From Antedon mediterranea (Eukaryota > Animalia > Echinodermata): a stretch of 64,000 bases of DNA. The stretch covers positions 33,034,388-33,098,387 of the forward strand of contig NC_092670.1 of the NCBI RefSeq assembly GCF_964355755.1. Reading direction: 5' to 3'. Below are positions 61,001-64,000 of the stretch, piece after piece; within the stretch, counting starts at the first letter, position 1; each line of letters opens with the position of its first letter. A model generated the notes under the pieces. It had not been told where the DNA came from. It saw nothing but the letters and a program-made list of their open reading frames with translations, and ran no database searches. A program made the position numbers and the translations under genes.

Positions 61001-61427
61001 ATTACAAATTCACGGCCAGATCAGATGTCCTAAACCTTGTCTACACTATCAAACTTAATGTGACCAAAAATGTGATGTGCTCATATATGGACATGATGAT
61101 GTCATATCAATACCCTCTTTGGTTATACCACTACCATATTATTATCTACAACGAAGCATAAAAAAGTGGTGAACACAAATTTACGGTCATATCACATGTG
61201 TGCAAAAATGATCAAAACTGTAGGCCAAACACAATTTTCGTCCCTCTCGTCTACACTTTCAAACTTTATGTGACAAAAAAATGTGATGTGCTCATGGACA
61301 TGATGATGTCTTATCACTACCCTCTTTGAGCATACCACTAAAATATTTGGAGTTTTTTGTCACATAAAGTTTTATAATGTAAAAAGAGCTTTAGTTTCCG
61401 TACTACTGTATATACGATTTTATCCAG

Positions 61428-61567
61428 GCCGGACCAGTTTTGGCGGCCAAAATTGATCCGGCCGGACAGGTTTTGGCAGCCATAAATGTTCTCCCGGACT
61501 GATTTTGGCAGCCAAAACTGGTCCGCCGGACCGATTTTGGCCCGGACTGATTTTGGTGTGACTGACA
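61428..61567. repeat. GC-rich tandem array of palindromic units (CCGGACC.ATTTTGGC.GCCAAAA), probably a transposon subterminal array
   Basis: Five imperfect CCGGAC..TTTTGG units. Confidence 0.65.
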
Positions 61568-63069
61568 GGCCTATCTATCTAGGCCTACCCTATAGGCCTA
61601 TTTCAAACCTCAAAGTGCAAATTTGTTAAATAAAATGGTCAGTCTACCGTAATGTACATTTTTGCCTTCTACGATTCAATTTAATCTTTATTTCGTTAAA
61701 AAAATCCAATCTAGGCCCTAGGCTTATAGACGATAGCCGACCGTCGCCGGTGAGAAGGCTAGCCGCATGAATTGGGGTAAGTAGGGCCCTAGCCTAGGCC
61801 TAGCCTCTAGCTAGGCCTAACTAAGCCACAATACACACTGGCATGACGGAAGAATATCGTAGTTATCTACTAGGGAATTGTTAATTATACAATAAAGTTA
61901 TACAATAATTTTTTAGTAAAAGAGATAGGCCTAGTACTACTAACCAATTTAATAACTGTGTTTGAAGTTGAATATTCTCTGCTTGAATTGTAGGTAGGCC
62001 TAGGTGACGGTCGCCGTCGCCATCTTCTGATGATGAAGAATCGTCAGAACTACATGTACATGTACGGCCAAATTAATTTCATCGACATTCCATTCAATAT
62101 TTCGATTGTTAAACAAAATAGTTTCTCCTTCATTCTCCTCAGTTTCGCATTCCACTATCAATGTTTCCTCTTCTAATTCCTCTGACGAAGAACTGTCAAA
62201 ATCATACGCGATATACGTGTTGACATCCTAGTTTGTACAGTCAGCTCAGGCACGCGAAAAAGTTTCTTCATCTCATGACGTCACTATCAGAGGTTACTGG
62301 AAAATGCCGAAAAAACCCGAATAGTCGTGAACTGAGAGCAGTTGCGCGAAATAGCAGAAAACACTTTAATTATGTCCTGAAAACTTTTAATTTATTGTCT
62401 GTTTAATATCCATCAAGGGGAACAACTATAATACTAGTCTACTATTTTGCATAAACATCAAATACCATGTTCCATGATCTTTAAAACAGTAATATATTTC
62501 ATTTACAATATTGATAAAATCAGGGGCTAGTAAAATTCACTTTTCTATATAAAATCCATTAAAACAGTGATAAAATTCAGTTAAAACAGTGATAAAATTC
62601 AGTTAAAACAGTGCTGGAAATATAAATCCATTAGACAACATTGAAACAATGATCTAATGTAGGTTAGTGATTATGTTTAATAGCGAAAACTACTAGTTCT
62701 GATCAAAAGTGATTTGAACGTAATATTAATAAAATCATTCCGACATAAAACCAAACTTGTTTTTATACTGAGGAGGAAACGTTTTAGATTATAATTATTA
62801 AGTCTAACATCACTTACATTGATAACTGGTATCCATAATCATAATCGTAATCATTATAGAGTGTAAAACCAAGTTTCGTATTCTTCTTTCAATATACGAA
62901 TACGATATGCTTTAGTCTATCATCTATCTACTGTCTTTGTTGTTAAATTACTAAGGACTCAAACAAGGTTGTTGTCATTGTAAACGGTTATTCTTTCCAG
63001 CTTGCCTGATAAAAACATCGCTCTCATGTATAATATGTCCCTAATTGAAACACGTGCGTTGATTAGTAA

Positions 63070-63380
63070 GATATAAATTAAAGGAAATGGAAGAATGAGA
63101 AGAGAAAGAAAGAAAAGAATGACCGAAAACAAATAAATTGAAATAATGAAATAAGACAAAGGAATGACAAAAAGAAAAAATGGTAAAAATAAATAGGAAA
63201 GAAAAAGAAAGATTAAAGAAAAAAACAAGAAAGAAAATAATGAAAGAAGAGAAAGTAATGAAAGAAGAGAAAATAATGAAAAAAAAGCAAAAGATGAAAG
63301 AAAATAATGAAAGAAAAAAAAATAATGAAAAAAAAATGAAAGAAATTACAAAATAAAATATGGAAGAAAGGGAATAAAGA
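63070..63380. repeat. A/GA-rich low-complexity tract
   Basis: Runs of AAAGAAAATAATGAAAG. Confidence 0.8.
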
Positions 63381-63619
63381 TCTTGTCTCATCCAAAGTTA
63401 TTTGTCTCGTTATTCAGATGAGAGATTAAGCACAAACTTACATAATGCGAACATTCTCTCGATTCTTCATGTCTGTTGTCAGACCACAGCTTAATTATAT
63501 TTTTTTTTGGAAATACAATACTTTATACTTCATTGACAATATCACAAAATAAAAAAGTAAAACAGAACAAACACATTTATTTTGGTTTTCTGTGCTTCCA
63601 TGGTATTAATTATCTTGTC

Positions 63620-63713
63620 TTTTTAGTCACATGCAACTCGGTTGGTCGGTCGGTTGGTTGGTCGGTTTACACCAACTTGAGCAATCGACTGCAGCATTGT
63701 ATATGGCCTTGTG
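63620..63713 (+). mobile_element. Short degenerate HINE-like element
   Basis: TTTTAGTC.C.TG start, (GGTC/GGTT)n, and a GGCCTTGT end like the copies at 54193 and 56970. Confidence 0.45.
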
Positions 63714-64000
63714 TTTTGCTGTCCTCTTCTGATTCTGTATATAATATAGTATAATACCAATATTATTAAAACATTCTTTTTCTTAACTGGCTAGCCGTCA
63801 ATTTTTTTTTTAGGGAGACCTTCAAATGTTGTTACTTCTTGGGGTTTGCCTATTTATTCTTTATATTAAAATTTGTATTTTTGTTGACATTGAAAGAGAA
63901 AAAAACAGAAAAAAAGAAAATCAATTTATTTATTTATTCAAAATCTAACATTTTCAAGCAGTCGAGTTTTGCTTTTTAGAAATCATGGTGATTAGGCTGT

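Noticed and set aside
62959-63395. Phe/Ile-rich ORFs resembling membrane proteins
   Set aside because: Artefacts of an A-rich low-complexity tract.

Overview
AT-rich, intron-containing animal genomic DNA, probably a marine invertebrate deuterostome such as an echinoderm (inferred from the Deu-domain SINE and the lectin/HYR receptor). The host content is two tandem minus-strand paralogues of an adhesion GPCR with architecture C-type lectin - HYR(n) - GAIN/GPS - 7TM. Copy A (3205-15498, five HYR exons, all read exons open and phase-compatible) runs off the left edge past a Harbinger transposon. Copy B (24938-60884, one HYR exon) has a complete 7TM but a frameshift and two dead splice acceptors. 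One copy B intron (24.7 kb versus 102 bp in copy A) holds a nest of mobile elements. A decayed Helentron (Rep-Pif1 helicase-AP endonuclease) has an N-terminal ubiquitin-specific protease domain. Inside it are a LINE fragment and a structurally complete DIRS tyrosine-recombinase retrotransposon. The DIRS is itself split by a 2.3 kb CAC...GTG DNA element whose left end looks like a 12-RSS. Also present: an intact L2-type LINE ORF, three non-autonomous Helitrons, HINE/DINE-like elements, MITEs, a tRNA-Deu SINE, a long-TIR foldback element, Penelope and RTE fragments, a minisatellite and an antisense coiled-coil gene relic. All calls are by eye from motifs and the ORF track; no database search was run.
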